In this document: one piece after another, positions 8,941 through 20,200 of the stretch
Layout of the letters: every line of letters begins with the position of its first letter
Position numbering within the stretch: the first letter of the stretch is position 1
Assembly (NCBI GenBank): GCA_965242965.1
Contig: OZ251518.1
Location: 4,288,001-4,352,000, forward strand
Reading direction: 5' to 3'
DNA: 64,000 bases
DNA from: Candidatus Poribacteria bacterium
GTDB lineage: Bacteria > Poribacteria > WGA-4E > WGA-3G
Notes under the pieces: generated by a model
Database searches by the model: none
What the model was told of the DNA's origin: nothing
Seen by the model: the letters and a program-made list of their open reading frames with translations, nothing else
Program-made: the position numbers and the translations under genes

Positions 8941-11395
8941 ACTAACAAAACGTTGCGCTATCCTACTTTTCATCAGTCTTTTTATTCTCGGTGTCGCGCA
9001 GGCGCAGGTGCAGCCGGAACTCACCGCAGTCTTCCCACAAGGTGGACAACAAGGGACTACCGTTGCGGTGACTCTCAAAGGCAAAAACATCGGCACGGCA
9101 ACGGCATTGTGGTTCAGCGGCAGCGGCATCACAGCCGAGATTAAAGCGAGAACTGCTGAAGCCGCTGTCTTCTTTGATGGCGCGGGTGTCACCGGGCATA
9201 TCCCAAACGATGCGCGGCTGACTGCACACCTGACACTTTCTCCCGATGCGCCGCTAGGCATCCAGCAAGTCCGCCTCGTTACACCCTACGGCGTTTCCAA
9301 CGCGCAAAGTTTTGTCGTCGGGGAACTGCAGGAAATGATTGAAGCGGAAACGGCTGCCGAGGCAGAGGCATCTCATTGGCTCGAATTGCCCATCACTGTC
9401 AATGGCGACATCAACTCAATTGACGATGAAGATACGTTTACGTTTAACCTGAGAAAGGGTGCTCGGCTGATCTGTGACGTGACAGCGCAGCGCATAGGTT
9501 CGCTGCTGGATTCCTACCTCGTTTTGAAAAATGCCGACGGCACAGAGGTTGCCAACAGCGGGATGGGGAGGGGGTTTGACTCGCTGTTGGATTACACAGC
9601 GATGGCGGCGGGAAAATATAGCCTTCACATCCGGGACATCCGTTACAAAGGCGGAGAAGGCTACGGCTATCGGGTGCGCATCGGTGAATTGCCGTATCTG
9701 GAGACAATCTTTCCGCTTGGGGGACGGCGCAGTTCGGAGAATACGATTGCTGTCAGCGGCGCGAACCTTGAAACAGTCACGTCTATTCAGCTCTCCATCG
9801 GTGCTGAAACACCGACAGACAAGCAGTCGCTGCGGGTGAGAACTTCCAGCGGCTTGGCGACGAATGCACACCCGTTTGCCATTGGAAAATTAGCGGAAAT
9901 GGCCGAGACTGAACCTAACAACATGCGCGAAAACGCGAACGCCGTGCCGGTGCCGATAACGCTCAACGGAAAAATAGGCAAGGCGGAAGATGTAGATATG
10001 TTCTCGTTCAAGGTTGAAGCGGCACAACGCCTCGTTTTTGAGATAGAGGCACTCACGCTCGCGTCAAAACTTGATGCTTTGCTCACGCTCTACGGTGCCG
10101 AAGATAGGGTGGATGACGCTGAAAAGATGGGGAACTGGGACGAGGAAAAAGATACCCAGGTCTTGATGGTAAACGACGATGCCATCGGTGCTGATGCCCG
10201 CATTGAATGGCTGTTTGAAGAGGCTGGCACTTACGCTGTTTCTGTCCGAGAACTCAACAATCGGGGCGGCGAAGCGTATCCTTACCGCCTCAGTATCCGG
10301 CCGTTAGAACCTGACTGCGAGCTCAATGTTATCGTGCTTGACAATCGGAACCGCGTGGCAGCGTTTGATAACCCACGCGTTAGCCGGGGCAGTAGCATCA
10401 CGATGCAAGTTGATGTAACCCGGCTTGATGGGTTTGACGGCCCGATTCGCCTAACCTGTCCTGCATTGCCAAAAACGTTTGACTTGAGCCACACCGTCAT
10501 TGAACCTGGTCAAAACCGGGCACTACTCACGGTGACTGCGCCGTGGGATGCACCGCTGGGGCTCATGCCTATCTCTATAGTCGGAGTTTGTGCAGTTGGC
10601 AGTAAACAGATAGAACGCACCGCTACCCCGGACCCGATTCTATTGACGGTGATGGAGGCACCACAGTTCACGCTGACGCTGGCTGAGATAGGCTTGAGCG
10701 TTGTCCATAACAAATCCGTGAATCTTCACGTAACCGCGAACCGCTGGGGTGGCTTTGTCGGCCCGATTGCGTTGTCGGTAGTCGGATTGCCGAACCGTGT
10801 TACCGCCGCACCTGTCACGATTGCGGAAGGCGAAACCGAAGCGACACTTTTGATTAAAGCCGGGAGTTTTGAGCGGCGAGAGCAGTTCTCTGTCGTTCCA
10901 ACGCCGGGGACAAACTATATTTCGGTGACAGGCACTGCGACTATCAACAGCGTGCCGGTGAAGCAATCCACGCCAGCCATTCCGTTGACTATCGTGGAGG
11001 CACCTTTTATCGTGACGGTGGAGCCGTTGCGTTTTAGCATCGTTTTTCCCAGAACCGATGAAGGTGACGCTATTGCTGCCATTGCCGCCAAGGAGGAAAC
11101 TGGCGAGTCTGCGAGCGAAACTGGGGAAACAAAAGAGGCGATGTTGACGTTGGCGGTAGTGCGGCAAGGCGGTTTTACGGATGCGGTGACGCTTACGCCG
11201 ATGGATTTACCGGCAGGCATCACCACTTCTGTCGCGACGATTCCGGCGAACGAAACCGAGGTGGAGGTGCCGTTGCAGGCATTGGCTTCACTGAAACCGG
11301 ACACCTACACCTTCACCTTCCGCGGCACCGCGACGATTAATGGCAAGCCGTTTGTGCAGGATAGTCCGCTGTTGAGTGTTAAGATTATTCATTAG
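8933..11395 (+). CDS. Secreted PPC (pre-peptidase C-terminal) domain protein of DUF1501 clusters
   Basis: Signal peptide, VFPQGGQQGTTV, ETEPNN, PITLNGKI...DVDMFSF, Y.YRL repeats; typical partner of DUF1549/DUF1501. Confidence 0.8.
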   Translation: MHELTKRCAILLFISLFILGVAQAQVQPELTAVFPQGGQQGTTVAVTLKGKNIGTATALWFSGSGITAEIKARTAEAAVFFDGAGVTGHIPNDARLTAHLTLSPDAPLGIQQVRLVTPYGVSNAQSFVVGELQEMIEAETAAEAEASHWLELPITVNGDINSIDDEDTFTFNLRKGARLICDVTAQRIGSLLDSYLVLKNADGTEVANSGMGRGFDSLLDYTAMAAGKYSLHIRDIRYKGGEGYGYRVRIGELPYLETIFPLGGRRSSENTIAVSGANLETVTSIQLSIGAETPTDKQSLRVRTSSGLATNAHPFAIGKLAEMAETEPNNMRENANAVPVPITLNGKIGKAEDVDMFSFKVEAAQRLVFEIEALTLASKLDALLTLYGAEDRVDDAEKMGNWDEEKDTQVLMVNDDAIGADARIEWLFEEAGTYAVSVRELNNRGGEAYPYRLSIRPLEPDCELNVIVLDNRNRVAAFDNPRVSRGSSITMQVDVTRLDGFDGPIRLTCPALPKTFDLSHTVIEPGQNRALLTVTAPWDAPLGLMPISIVGVCAVGSKQIERTATPDPILLTVMEAPQFTLTLAEIGLSVVHNKSVNLHVTANRWGGFVGPIALSVVGLPNRVTAAPVTIAEGETEATLLIKAGSFERREQFSVVPTPGTNYISVTGTATINSVPVKQSTPAIPLTIVEAPFIVTVEPLRFSIVFPRTDEGDAIAAIAAKEETGESASETGETKEAMLTLAVVRQGGFTDAVTLTPMDLPAGITTSVATIPANETEVEVPLQALASLKPDTYTFTFRGTATINGKPFVQDSPLLSVKIIH

Positions 11396-11514
11396 GGGAG
11401 TTTGTATCGTAGGGCGAGGGCCTGTCCCTCGCCTTGCCGTGAATCTGAAACGGTGCGATTTATGGACGTTTGCCCGTAGTCCTGTGTTTCGGGTTGGAAA
11501 TGGAGGAAAATTTG

Positions 11515-12345
11515 ATGGACGAAAAAATTTTGCCTGAACTCCTTGTGAATAAAGAAGAAGCCGAGGTGAAAATACACGCGAGAATCGTGGAAGGGAAACA
11601 ACTCCTAGATCAGCCGATTCAAAGCGAAGATGGATTGAAGGAGGCTAAGAGAAAAGGCAGAAGATGGTCAAAATACAACGAAGACCTTCTGTTAAGGCTA
11701 TTTTCTGATACGTCAATACTGCGTTACAGACCTTTTCCTAGGCCTTTGTCTGTGCCTATGTTTGCCGTTATTTCACGTAATGAGCCGATTAATTCTACTT
11801 TTCCACGGGACTTGGACAAGTACCGGGAAGATATGGGCAATAGCGTTGACAGCCTGGAGGGGATTTGTGAGCGGCTTGAGTTGTTACCGGGTTTGTTGGA
11901 TGTGCATCCACACATATCTGGTGCTAGTAGAACAAAGGTTTTTATCGGACACGGACATTCGCCTGCCTGGCGCGAACTCAAAGATTTTATACATGAGCGG
12001 CTACAGCTGCCATACGAGGAGTTTAATCGTGTCACTCCAGCTGGCTTAGTTACCCCTAATCGCCTCACCGAAATGTTAGATCAGGCGTGCATGGCATTCT
12101 TGGTGATGACAGCTGAGGACGAACAAACCGATGGAACGCTGCATGCCCGTGAAAACGTAATTCATGAGGCTGGTTTATTTCAAGGTAGGTTGGGTTTTAA
12201 AAAGGCAATTATCTTGATTGAAGAAGGCTGTGAAGAATTTAGTAACATCCACGGCCTCGGTCAAATTCCGTTTTCAAAGGGCAAAATCAGGGCAACATTT
12301 GAGGAAGTTCGCCAAGTTCTGGAACGGGAAGGAATCATTAAGTGA
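11515..12345 (+). CDS. Nucleotide-binding TIR-like domain protein (Cap12/PycTIR-type TIR, PF10137-like)
   Basis: KVFIGHGHS, AFLVMTAED, ARENVIHEAGLFQGRLG, FSNIHG; GGAGG RBS; visibly more AT-rich than its neighbours. Confidence 0.85.
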   Translation: MDEKILPELLVNKEEAEVKIHARIVEGKQLLDQPIQSEDGLKEAKRKGRRWSKYNEDLLLRLFSDTSILRYRPFPRPLSVPMFAVISRNEPINSTFPRDLDKYREDMGNSVDSLEGICERLELLPGLLDVHPHISGASRTKVFIGHGHSPAWRELKDFIHERLQLPYEEFNRVTPAGLVTPNRLTEMLDQACMAFLVMTAEDEQTDGTLHARENVIHEAGLFQGRLGFKKAIILIEEGCEEFSNIHGLGQIPFSKGKIRATFEEVRQVLEREGIIK

Positions 12346-12825
12346 GGGTTTTTCATAACTCGCTCAACGTCGTGGGGACAGGCCCCGCGACGTTGCCGGT
12401 AGGAGAGACCTCCCGGTCTCGATGTTTCCCGTAGCGCGGGGGCCTGTCCCCCGCGAGCTCCATCGTCAAGCAGTGGCGTTTTAGGTCCTTTAGGACCTAA
12501 GAGACGTTTTTTATCGTAGTGCGGGGGCCTGTCCCCCGCGAGCGTTGGAGTGCGCGAGCGATGGCGAGGGACAGGCCCCCGCACTACGGTGAGAGGGGTG
12601 GCGTTTTTGTAGTTTGTGATCGCCTGATCACAAACAGGTCAGGAGCAGGTGCTCCTGCCCTACAGGGCCTGGCGCGCGAACGCTGGCGAGGGAACCCGCT
12701 CGGATGCGCGTGTGGAAACCTGCAAGGGCACTCGCCCTACGATGAAGGGAGGCTTTCTGCCACCGCTGCCCCGATAGGCGCGCCGCCCTATTGCATCAAG
12801 ACCAGGAGGTCTCTCCTACTGGGGG
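12344..12825. repeat. Mosaic REP-like element starting with a degenerate GAGGGTGTTTCATAAATC terminal repeat
   Basis: GAGGGTTTTTCATAACTCGCTCAACGTCG matches the reverse complement of the element ends at 53003 and 59693; the interior holds at least 5 hairpin families. Confidence 0.75.
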
Positions 12826-12950
12826 AAACGAAATCGTTCGGGGTGTCACGAAACCATTTTGACAACAACGATTGCAGAAAATTTCCCTTGCCAAATCCAA
12901 GAGATAATGCTAAAATTACCGCAATGCCACCATTTTCATAAGGAGTTCGC

Positions 12951-14639
12951 ATGCCCACACTCGATTTCAGAGGCAAACAATTTATCTACTCCCATCACCT
13001 CACCGTGCCGTTTCGCACGCTGGAAGTAGATACCACCAAATCCCTTCAAAACGCACATTTTGAAGGGGGGGTAAATCATCCTTCGTTGGATGAGAACCTC
13101 ATCATTCACGGCGATAATCTGCACGCGCTCAAGGCACTCCTCCCGAAATATGCGGGGAAGATTAAGTGTGTCTACATCGATCCGCCGTATAACACCGGCA
13201 ACGAAGGCTGGGTTTACAATGACAACGTCAACAGCCCACTGATGCAACGGTGGTTGGCGGGCAACTCGCCGATTGATGTTGAGGATTTAGAACGTCACGA
13301 CAAGTGGCTGTGCATGATGTGGCCGCGCTTGCATCTCTTGCGTGAGCTCCTCGCCGACGATGGCATGATTTTCATCTCTATTGATGACAATGAGGTGCAC
13401 CATCTCCGGGCCATCATGGATGAGATTTTTGGTGAAGCGCAGTTTGCTGCTGAATTCTTTTGGATGCGGACTGCTTCACCTGCGAATCTCTCTCGAATAG
13501 TCCGCAGGAAAATGGAGCCGCTGATCTGCTATCAGAAATCGGCGGATACGAGACTGCGCCTTTTTGCGGGATTTACGGATGGCGGTGATATGCCGTTGCT
13601 GAACGAAGCAAATACCGTCTCGACGCTTGAATTCCCCAAGGAAGCCTTTAGTATCGTGAATCTCACGGATGGCATCTATCAGCCCGGCACCTACGCACGA
13701 ATTCGGCTTGTTAAAGCCGTTGAAGTCAAAAACGGAAAGTTTCTGGCGAATCCTGTGATAGAGGGCAGGTTTAAATGGGTGCAAGAAACCCTCACACGCG
13801 AAGCTGAAATCGGGACAAAGTTCCTGATAAAGAGCGCGAAGTTTGCTGTGCGTTATGAACGCGAACACAGCGAAAGAGTGAAAACACCGGCAAACCTCAT
13901 CACGCAAAAAGAGTGTCAGGTTGGGACAAATAACGACGCAACCAAAGAACTCTCAGCGATACTAGGCAGAGGTACATTTGAATATCCCAAGCCAACGACT
14001 TTAATCAAATACCTGATTAATATGGTTTGTGACGAAAACGACATCATCCTTGATTCCTTCGCTGGCAGCGGCACTACGGCGCATGCCGTCCTCGCGCTTA
14101 ACAGAGAAGATGGCGGGAACCGCAAGTTCATCCTCATTGAGTGCGAAGATTATGCAGATAGCATCACCGCCGAACGCGTGCGGCGCGTCAGCAACGGTGT
14201 AGATATCGCTAGAGACGAAGCATTGCGGCGCGGCCTCGGCGGTGCTTTCGCCTATTGTGAACTCGGCGAACCCATTGACGAGGAAGGCATGCTCTCCGGC
14301 GAGACGCTGCCTTCCTACGAAACCTTGGCAAACTACATCGCTTACGTTGCGACAGGCAGCGCGCTTGACGTTGTTACCTTGCGAGAGGATTGCTTTTTCG
14401 GGGAGACTGAGGCGATTCGCTTTTATCTCATCTATGAACCGAACCTTGAATTTTTGGAGAGCGATGCCGCCGCGCTGGATGGCAAGCGCGCCGAACGGAT
14501 TGCGGCGCGCTGCAAAACAGCAGGGAAAAAGGCGTTCGTCTATGCGGCACACAAGTTCATCAGTCAGAAGGACTTGACACCGATGGGCATCACGTTCTGT
14601 CAACTTCCCTATGGCATCCATCAAATTGCGGACGCGTAA
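12951..14639 (+). CDS. Type III R-M-like Mod adenine methyltransferase with no adjacent Res subunit
   Basis: MPTLDFRGK N-terminus, NLIIHGDNL.ALK.L, YIDPPYNTG, ISIDDNE, YPKP, DSFAGSGTT.HAVL.LN..DGG.RKFIL.E. Confidence 0.88.
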   Translation: MPTLDFRGKQFIYSHHLTVPFRTLEVDTTKSLQNAHFEGGVNHPSLDENLIIHGDNLHALKALLPKYAGKIKCVYIDPPYNTGNEGWVYNDNVNSPLMQRWLAGNSPIDVEDLERHDKWLCMMWPRLHLLRELLADDGMIFISIDDNEVHHLRAIMDEIFGEAQFAAEFFWMRTASPANLSRIVRRKMEPLICYQKSADTRLRLFAGFTDGGDMPLLNEANTVSTLEFPKEAFSIVNLTDGIYQPGTYARIRLVKAVEVKNGKFLANPVIEGRFKWVQETLTREAEIGTKFLIKSAKFAVRYEREHSERVKTPANLITQKECQVGTNNDATKELSAILGRGTFEYPKPTTLIKYLINMVCDENDIILDSFAGSGTTAHAVLALNREDGGNRKFILIECEDYADSITAERVRRVSNGVDIARDEALRRGLGGAFAYCELGEPIDEEGMLSGETLPSYETLANYIAYVATGSALDVVTLREDCFFGETEAIRFYLIYEPNLEFLESDAAALDGKRAERIAARCKTAGKKAFVYAAHKFISQKDLTPMGITFCQLPYGIHQIADA

Positions 14640-14690
14640 ACCGAGATTTTGCGGAATTTTGGGGGCTATTGAAAAAAATATAAAAAATAG

Positions 14691-14719
14691 TTGACAAACG
14701 GCAAAAAATATGGTATAAT
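14691..14719 (+). promoter_or_regulatory. Consensus sigma70 promoter for the respiratory cluster
   Basis: TTGACA-N17-TATAAT with TG extension. Confidence 0.8.
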
Positions 14720-14882
14720 AATTAGCGTTGCAAGGTGGATAGATTTTTACGCGCGCTTTGCATCTTTTCATCAAACCAGAGCGAAAGTTGCAATTTTTTG
14801 ATGACATTAATTTGGGATTCGGCTATACTATCAGGAGTATCCTCATATTTTAACTTTTTCGCGTGGCAGTGCGTTTTTTCGC

Positions 14883-15404
14883 GTGCAATCGCGACGATTG
14901 GGGGCAAAAGCAGAAGTGGTATCACGACGTAAATTTTTCAAGTTTCTCGGTTGGGGAAATTTCACGGCGGCACTGGGGCTGGCTTTCGGGCCGGGGTTGG
15001 TTCGGTATCTGTATCCCCGCGTGCTGTTTGAACCGTCCTCCGTTTTCAAGGCTGGTTTCCCCGCGGAATATCCACCGGGTAGCGTGAGCGAGAAGTTCAA
15101 GAAAGAGCCGTTCGGTGTCTGGATTGTCCGCAAGGAAGACGGCGAATTCTACGCGCTGCTGACGATTTGCACGCACTTGGGCTGCACACCGCGCTGGCTC
15201 GGTTCAGAGAACAAATTCAAATGTCCGTGTCACGGTAGCGGGTTTGACCGGGACGGCATTAACTACGAAGGGCCCGCGCCGCGGCCGCTGGAACGCGTCA
15301 AAATCACGCTGGCGGAAGATGGGCAGCTGGAAATCGACAAATCTGTGAAGTTTTTGGGCGAAAAGGGGCAGTGGGGCGACCCGGGCTCCTTCCTGAAAGT
15401 CTAG
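14883..15404 (+). CDS. qcrA: Rieske Fe-S subunit of Rieske/cytochrome b complex
   Basis: Tat motif SRRKFF, CTHLGC, CPCHGS, GPAPRPL; start codon uncertain. Confidence 0.93.
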   Translation: MQSRRLGAKAEVVSRRKFFKFLGWGNFTAALGLAFGPGLVRYLYPRVLFEPSSVFKAGFPAEYPPGSVSEKFKKEPFGVWIVRKEDGEFYALLTICTHLGCTPRWLGSENKFKCPCHGSGFDRDGINYEGPAPRPLERVKITLAEDGQLEIDKSVKFLGEKGQWGDPGSFLKV

Positions 15405-15482
15405 CGTGAGGGCGGCTGGCGTGAATGCCGCTCCCGCAGAAAGGAGACGAACCGTGTCTGGCCTCGGTCGGACGGAAGAAGC

Positions 15483-16253
15483 ATGAACGAAGAACGTAAA
15501 GGACTAAAAGAAAAGATTACGAAATCCGATATTTGGCGTTCGATATTTCGCCACGGATACGAAAATACCGGGCGACGCTACACGTTACAGGTGCTCCAGA
15601 ACGTCTGGCTGCATCTGCACCCGCCTCGGGTCTCGCGGCACGCGCTGAACTTCCGCTTTACGTGGTGCATGGGAGGAATTACCTTCCTCATGTTCCTCGT
15701 GACAGCCGTTACCGGTGTGCTGTTGATGTTCTACTACCGCCCGACGGCCGAATACGCCTTCCGCGATGTGCAGTATCTTGAATTTGACATTCCGTTCGGG
15801 ATGCTCCTGCGCAACATGCACCGCTGGGCAGCACACGGGATGGTTATCTCCGTGATGCTCCACATGTTCAGGGTGTTCCTCACCGGTTCCTACAAGAAAC
15901 CGCGAGAGTTCAATTGGGCAGTCGGAGTCATTTTGCTGCTCGTCACATTTTTCCTGAGTTTCACCGGCTACCTGCTGCCCTGGGACCAGCTCGCCTTTTG
16001 GGCAGTGACGGTAGGCACCAACATGGCGCGCGCAACGCCGGGGCTAGGACATGAGGGGCCGTTCGCACCAGAGATGGTGACACAAGCCAACGATGTCCGA
16101 TTCGCGCTGCTAGCCGGCACAATTGTCGGCCCGTCTACGCTGTTAAGGTTCTATATTTTGCACTGCGTCGCCGTGCCGCTGTTGGCGAGTGTTCTGATGG
16201 CATTGCACTTCTGGCGGGTGCGCAAAGATGGAGGTATCTCTGGTCCCCTGTAG
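15483..16253 (+). CDS. qcrB: Cytochrome b6-like N-terminal subunit
   Basis: WCMGGITF (heme ci Cys), RNMHRW, LHMFRVF, PREFNW, GYLLPWDQ, LHC...HFW, GISGPL C-terminus as in b6. Confidence 0.93.
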   Translation: MNEERKGLKEKITKSDIWRSIFRHGYENTGRRYTLQVLQNVWLHLHPPRVSRHALNFRFTWCMGGITFLMFLVTAVTGVLLMFYYRPTAEYAFRDVQYLEFDIPFGMLLRNMHRWAAHGMVISVMLHMFRVFLTGSYKKPREFNWAVGVILLLVTFFLSFTGYLLPWDQLAFWAVTVGTNMARATPGLGHEGPFAPEMVTQANDVRFALLAGTIVGPSTLLRFYILHCVAVPLLASVLMALHFWRVRKDGGISGPL

Positions 16254-16303
16254 GCCGCGAGCCTACCGGGCTGCCGGGGTAAGAATCCCCATAAGGAGAG
16301 AAT

Positions 16304-17170
16304 ATGGAGCATTTTATAGTCCTTGTGACGAAACCGGATAATGTCCCTATCGTGGCCATGCTCTTCCTGGTCCCGTATTTTATGTGGCTTTCCTATAAGC
16401 AGGCACGCCAGACTGACAAGCTCGGAGTGCCATCGGATGCCGCATTAAACGACAAGGTTTACGTCTGGCCCTATCTGTGCCGGAACGAGTTTATCTGCGC
16501 GATTATCGTGATGCTGGTGCTCGGCATCTGGTCTGTCACGATTGACGCACCGCTTGAGGAACCGAGCGATCCGACGAAAACGCCGAACCCCTCCAAAGCA
16601 CCGTGGTATTTCCTCGCGCTGCAGGAAATGCTGGTATACTTTGATCCGTGGATAGCCGGTGTCGTCTTGCCGGGGTTGATTATCGCGGGACTCATCGCTA
16701 TTCCCTACATTGACATCAATCCGAAGGGGAAAGGGTACTACACGCTGAAGGAGCGTCCGTTCGCGCTAGCAGTGTTCTGTTTCGGATTCATCATTCTCTG
16801 GATTGTCCTGATGATAGTCGGAACGTTCTTGAGGGGCCCCGGCTGGAACCTTTTCGCGCCTTGGGAGAAATGGGATCCGCACCTCGTTGTGCCGTTGACG
16901 AACGTGAACTTGTCCTATCTCTTCGGCATTCGCGACGCGGCAACAGCGAACGTCTTTGGGTTTGTTGTCGTCGCCGGCTATTTCGCGCTGGGCCCGATTT
17001 TCTATTTTTGGAAGCGTGGGACGAGTCGTTTCTTGCAGGAACTGGGGCTCGTCCGATACGTCATCGTCTCCTTTCTGTTCTTGAGCATGCTGGCACTGCC
17101 AATCAAGATGGCACTGCGCTGGGGCTTGAATATCAAATACGTCTGGGTATCACCGTGGTTCAACATCTGA
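16304..17170 (+). CDS. Cytochrome b6f subunit IV-like (cytochrome b C-terminal) subunit
   Basis: WPYL, APLEEP.DP..TPNPSKAPWYF (PEWY-equivalent), PYID. Confidence 0.85.
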   Translation: MEHFIVLVTKPDNVPIVAMLFLVPYFMWLSYKQARQTDKLGVPSDAALNDKVYVWPYLCRNEFICAIIVMLVLGIWSVTIDAPLEEPSDPTKTPNPSKAPWYFLALQEMLVYFDPWIAGVVLPGLIIAGLIAIPYIDINPKGKGYYTLKERPFALAVFCFGFIILWIVLMIVGTFLRGPGWNLFAPWEKWDPHLVVPLTNVNLSYLFGIRDAATANVFGFVVVAGYFALGPIFYFWKRGTSRFLQELGLVRYVIVSFLFLSMLALPIKMALRWGLNIKYVWVSPWFNI

Positions 17171-17273
17171 ACCCACGGTTGCGAGGCGGAGTGTCGGATT
17201 GCAAGGCGCGCCTTGTGCCGGCAACCGCCGAATAGACGAGCCGAGACGAAACATTTGGAGGTTTAAAAATTTC

Positions 17274-20200
17274 GTGAGGAACAAAAAAGAGAGCCCTGCT
17301 GAAAGCAAATCGTATGCTGCTTTGTTCTTTATACTGTCAGGCCTATTAGGGCTGGTAACCTTATGGGGGTTCTGGAGCGAGATGATCACCCGCCGCCCCT
17401 GGAAGCAGATCCAGCAGCAGTTCTATCAATACGAATACGACAAAACGCGTGCAGAATGGGAACAGGCCAAATTGGCACTGCCGGAACTTCCCCCGCGCCA
17501 AGAATCTGACCCGAGCCGGATGCGCAGTTTGAAGAATAACGTGGTGAGCGCGCAAGTCTCGCTAGACGAAGCACTGCAAGAACGGAAGTTTGAGCAGAGC
17601 AAATCCGACGCGGTGAACTACAAATATCAGCATAGCCTCCACGAGGCAAAAGCACACGGCGCAGGCGAACGCGACGCAACCGTTCAGAAATGGCAGACGA
17701 AATTGGCGGAGATGGAATCCCGAATTGAAGGCGAACTTACCGAGGCTGTATTAGTTGCAGAAGCGAACTTCGCCGATGCAAACAAGGCGTTGGCGCAGTT
17801 CTATCAGACTCACGGGGATTGGGAAACCGCGCTCAGCACCTACCTGATTGCACAGAAATATAGTCCGGCCGACGCGGATGTCGCCACCGGAATTGCCGCT
17901 GTGCAGATGGAACTGGATAAGTTGCAAGCCGCCAAGGCACAACGGGAAAATGTCGCTCGTGTTGAGGAAAAATTGGATTCACTGAGCGGCATCAAGCGCA
18001 CCTTCCTCGGCAGCCTTTTGGAAAACCCGTTCCACGAAACTCGAACTATTACGCAGTATTATCTTGAAGAGTTCGACTACACCGCCGACAGATGCGCAAC
18101 CTGCCACTTCTCCGCAGACAGAGCCGGCTACGATAAGTCCGCGCAGGAAACGTTTGAGGTAGAAGGCGATGGCGAAAACAGGGTAACCTATCAACTCAAG
18201 CACGCGAACGTCAAGGTTGGTAGCGAAAGTGTTATCATTGACGGATTTGATGCCGAGCCGGAGGAGTATACGTTAGCATCAAACGGCATCATTACCTTCG
18301 ACGATGTGGATATCTTCGGGGAAATAGAAATTGCCTACGAGACAGGCTATCGGCCCGTGCTGCAGACACATCCGCATCGCGATGTTCTCCTCGCAAAGCA
18401 TCCGGTTGACAGGTTCGGATGCACACCGTGCCACGGCGGACAGGGACAGGCACTCACGGCGAAAGCAGCGCATGCCCTCACACACGCCGAATATTGGCTC
18501 ACGCCGGTACTCGGAATGGACGAACACACCGGTAGAACCTCCGAAGAGACGCAGGGCTACATGGAGTCTAACTGTCGCCGCTGCCACGATGGCGTAATGA
18601 TGTTAGATTACACGAATCCGCACACGGACGAGCGACAGGACTACGCGCCCCATCTCACAAAAGGTCTGGCACTTTTTGAAGACTTGGGATGTCACGGATG
18701 CCATGCAGTAGAGGGGTATAGCGCGCTTGATAACATCGACAAAGTCGGGCCGTCGCTTGCCAAAGTGGGAAGCAAGGTGCAGGATACCGCGTGGCTTGAA
18801 AGTTGGATTAAGAAGCCGGAAGCGTATCTCCCCAACACCACGATGCCTAACTTCTTCCCGGCGGATGGCATGAGCCAGGTAGTCTACCTTAAAAACGGCG
18901 GAAAACGCACCGGTGTCGTCACCAAAAATGCTAACGGCATTGTTGTGAAGACAGACGATGGTTCGGAGTATCTCTATCGTGATAGTGATGTCGTTCGCAT
19001 CGTTGATGAGGTGAAATCCATCGCCGCCTACTTTGCGCAAATGCGGGACGACACGCTTGATGCATCAGCACCGGCGGTGAGCGAATCCCAACGCGCAATT
19101 GCAGCAGGCGAAGAGACGGTGAAGACGGTGGGATGTCTCTCCTGTCACGCCGTTGGAGAGCTCGGTAGCGATTTCGCGCCCGCGCTGGATAGCGTCGGCA
19201 CAAAGGTTACGGCGAGTTATCTCCGGCAGTGGATTCGCGACCCGAGAAGTTACGATGCGGATACGTCAATGCCGAGTTTGCGCCTGAGCGATACCGAACT
19301 TGACAATGTTGTTGCCTACCTGATGAGTCTGCAGAAGGCAATGCCTCACGCAGTTTCGGATTCAGTCGGTGAAGTTGACGTAGCCGAAGGCGAGGCACTC
19401 GTCAGGAGCTACGGGTGCTTCGGATGCCACGTCATCCCCGGTTTTGAGAACGAGTCAAAAGTCGGCGCAGACCTGGGTGAATTTGGCGGCAAGACAGTCG
19501 AAGAATTTGACTTCGGCGATACCGTCGACGTTGAACATAGTTGGACAGGTTGGACGCTCGGCAAAGTCACTGCCCCGCGCCGTTACCAAACACGCCGGAT
19601 TGCCTCGCGCATGCCTGTCTTCCAGATAGACGACGAGGACGCGAAGGCACTCGCCGTGCTACTGAAGAGTTTCCAATCGGCACAGTATCCTCTGAGCTAC
19701 ATTCATAATCGCACTGATAAGCTGAACCAGATCGATGCTGGACGGCGGTTGGCGAAAAAATACAACTGCACCGGATGCCACGAGATTGAAGGCGAGGGGG
19801 GCAGTTATGTTGATGTCGTCATCGCGCACGAAGGCTTGGATGCCATTAATGCGAAGCAGTTCGCACCGCCGACATTGCAAGCGGAAGGCGCGAAAGTCTA
19901 CCCGGAGTGGTTGTTTGACTTCCTCAAGCAGCCCACCGATATCCGTTATGGACTCAAAGTGCGGATGCCGACGTTTGGGCTCTCCGATGACGAGGCGACA
20001 ACCCTCGTCAAATACTTCTCTGCGTTGGACGACGAACCGTTCCCATACGAGACGCTTGAGGTGCCAGCCGTAACGCGCGCCGAATTGCGCATCGGCAAGC
20101 AGATTTTTGACGCACTGCAGTGTATCTCCTGTCACCCATCGCAAGGCGAAGACATTCCGGCAGGCAGTGACAAGGCAGGGCGGCCAGATCTGGCACTGGC

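Noticed and set aside
12261-12941. ORFs with RGPVPR/GDRPPRY/RACPSP peptides (also 3241, 50298-50866, 52463-52994, 59411)
   Set aside because: They are translation products of REP palindromes with no RBS or domain signal.
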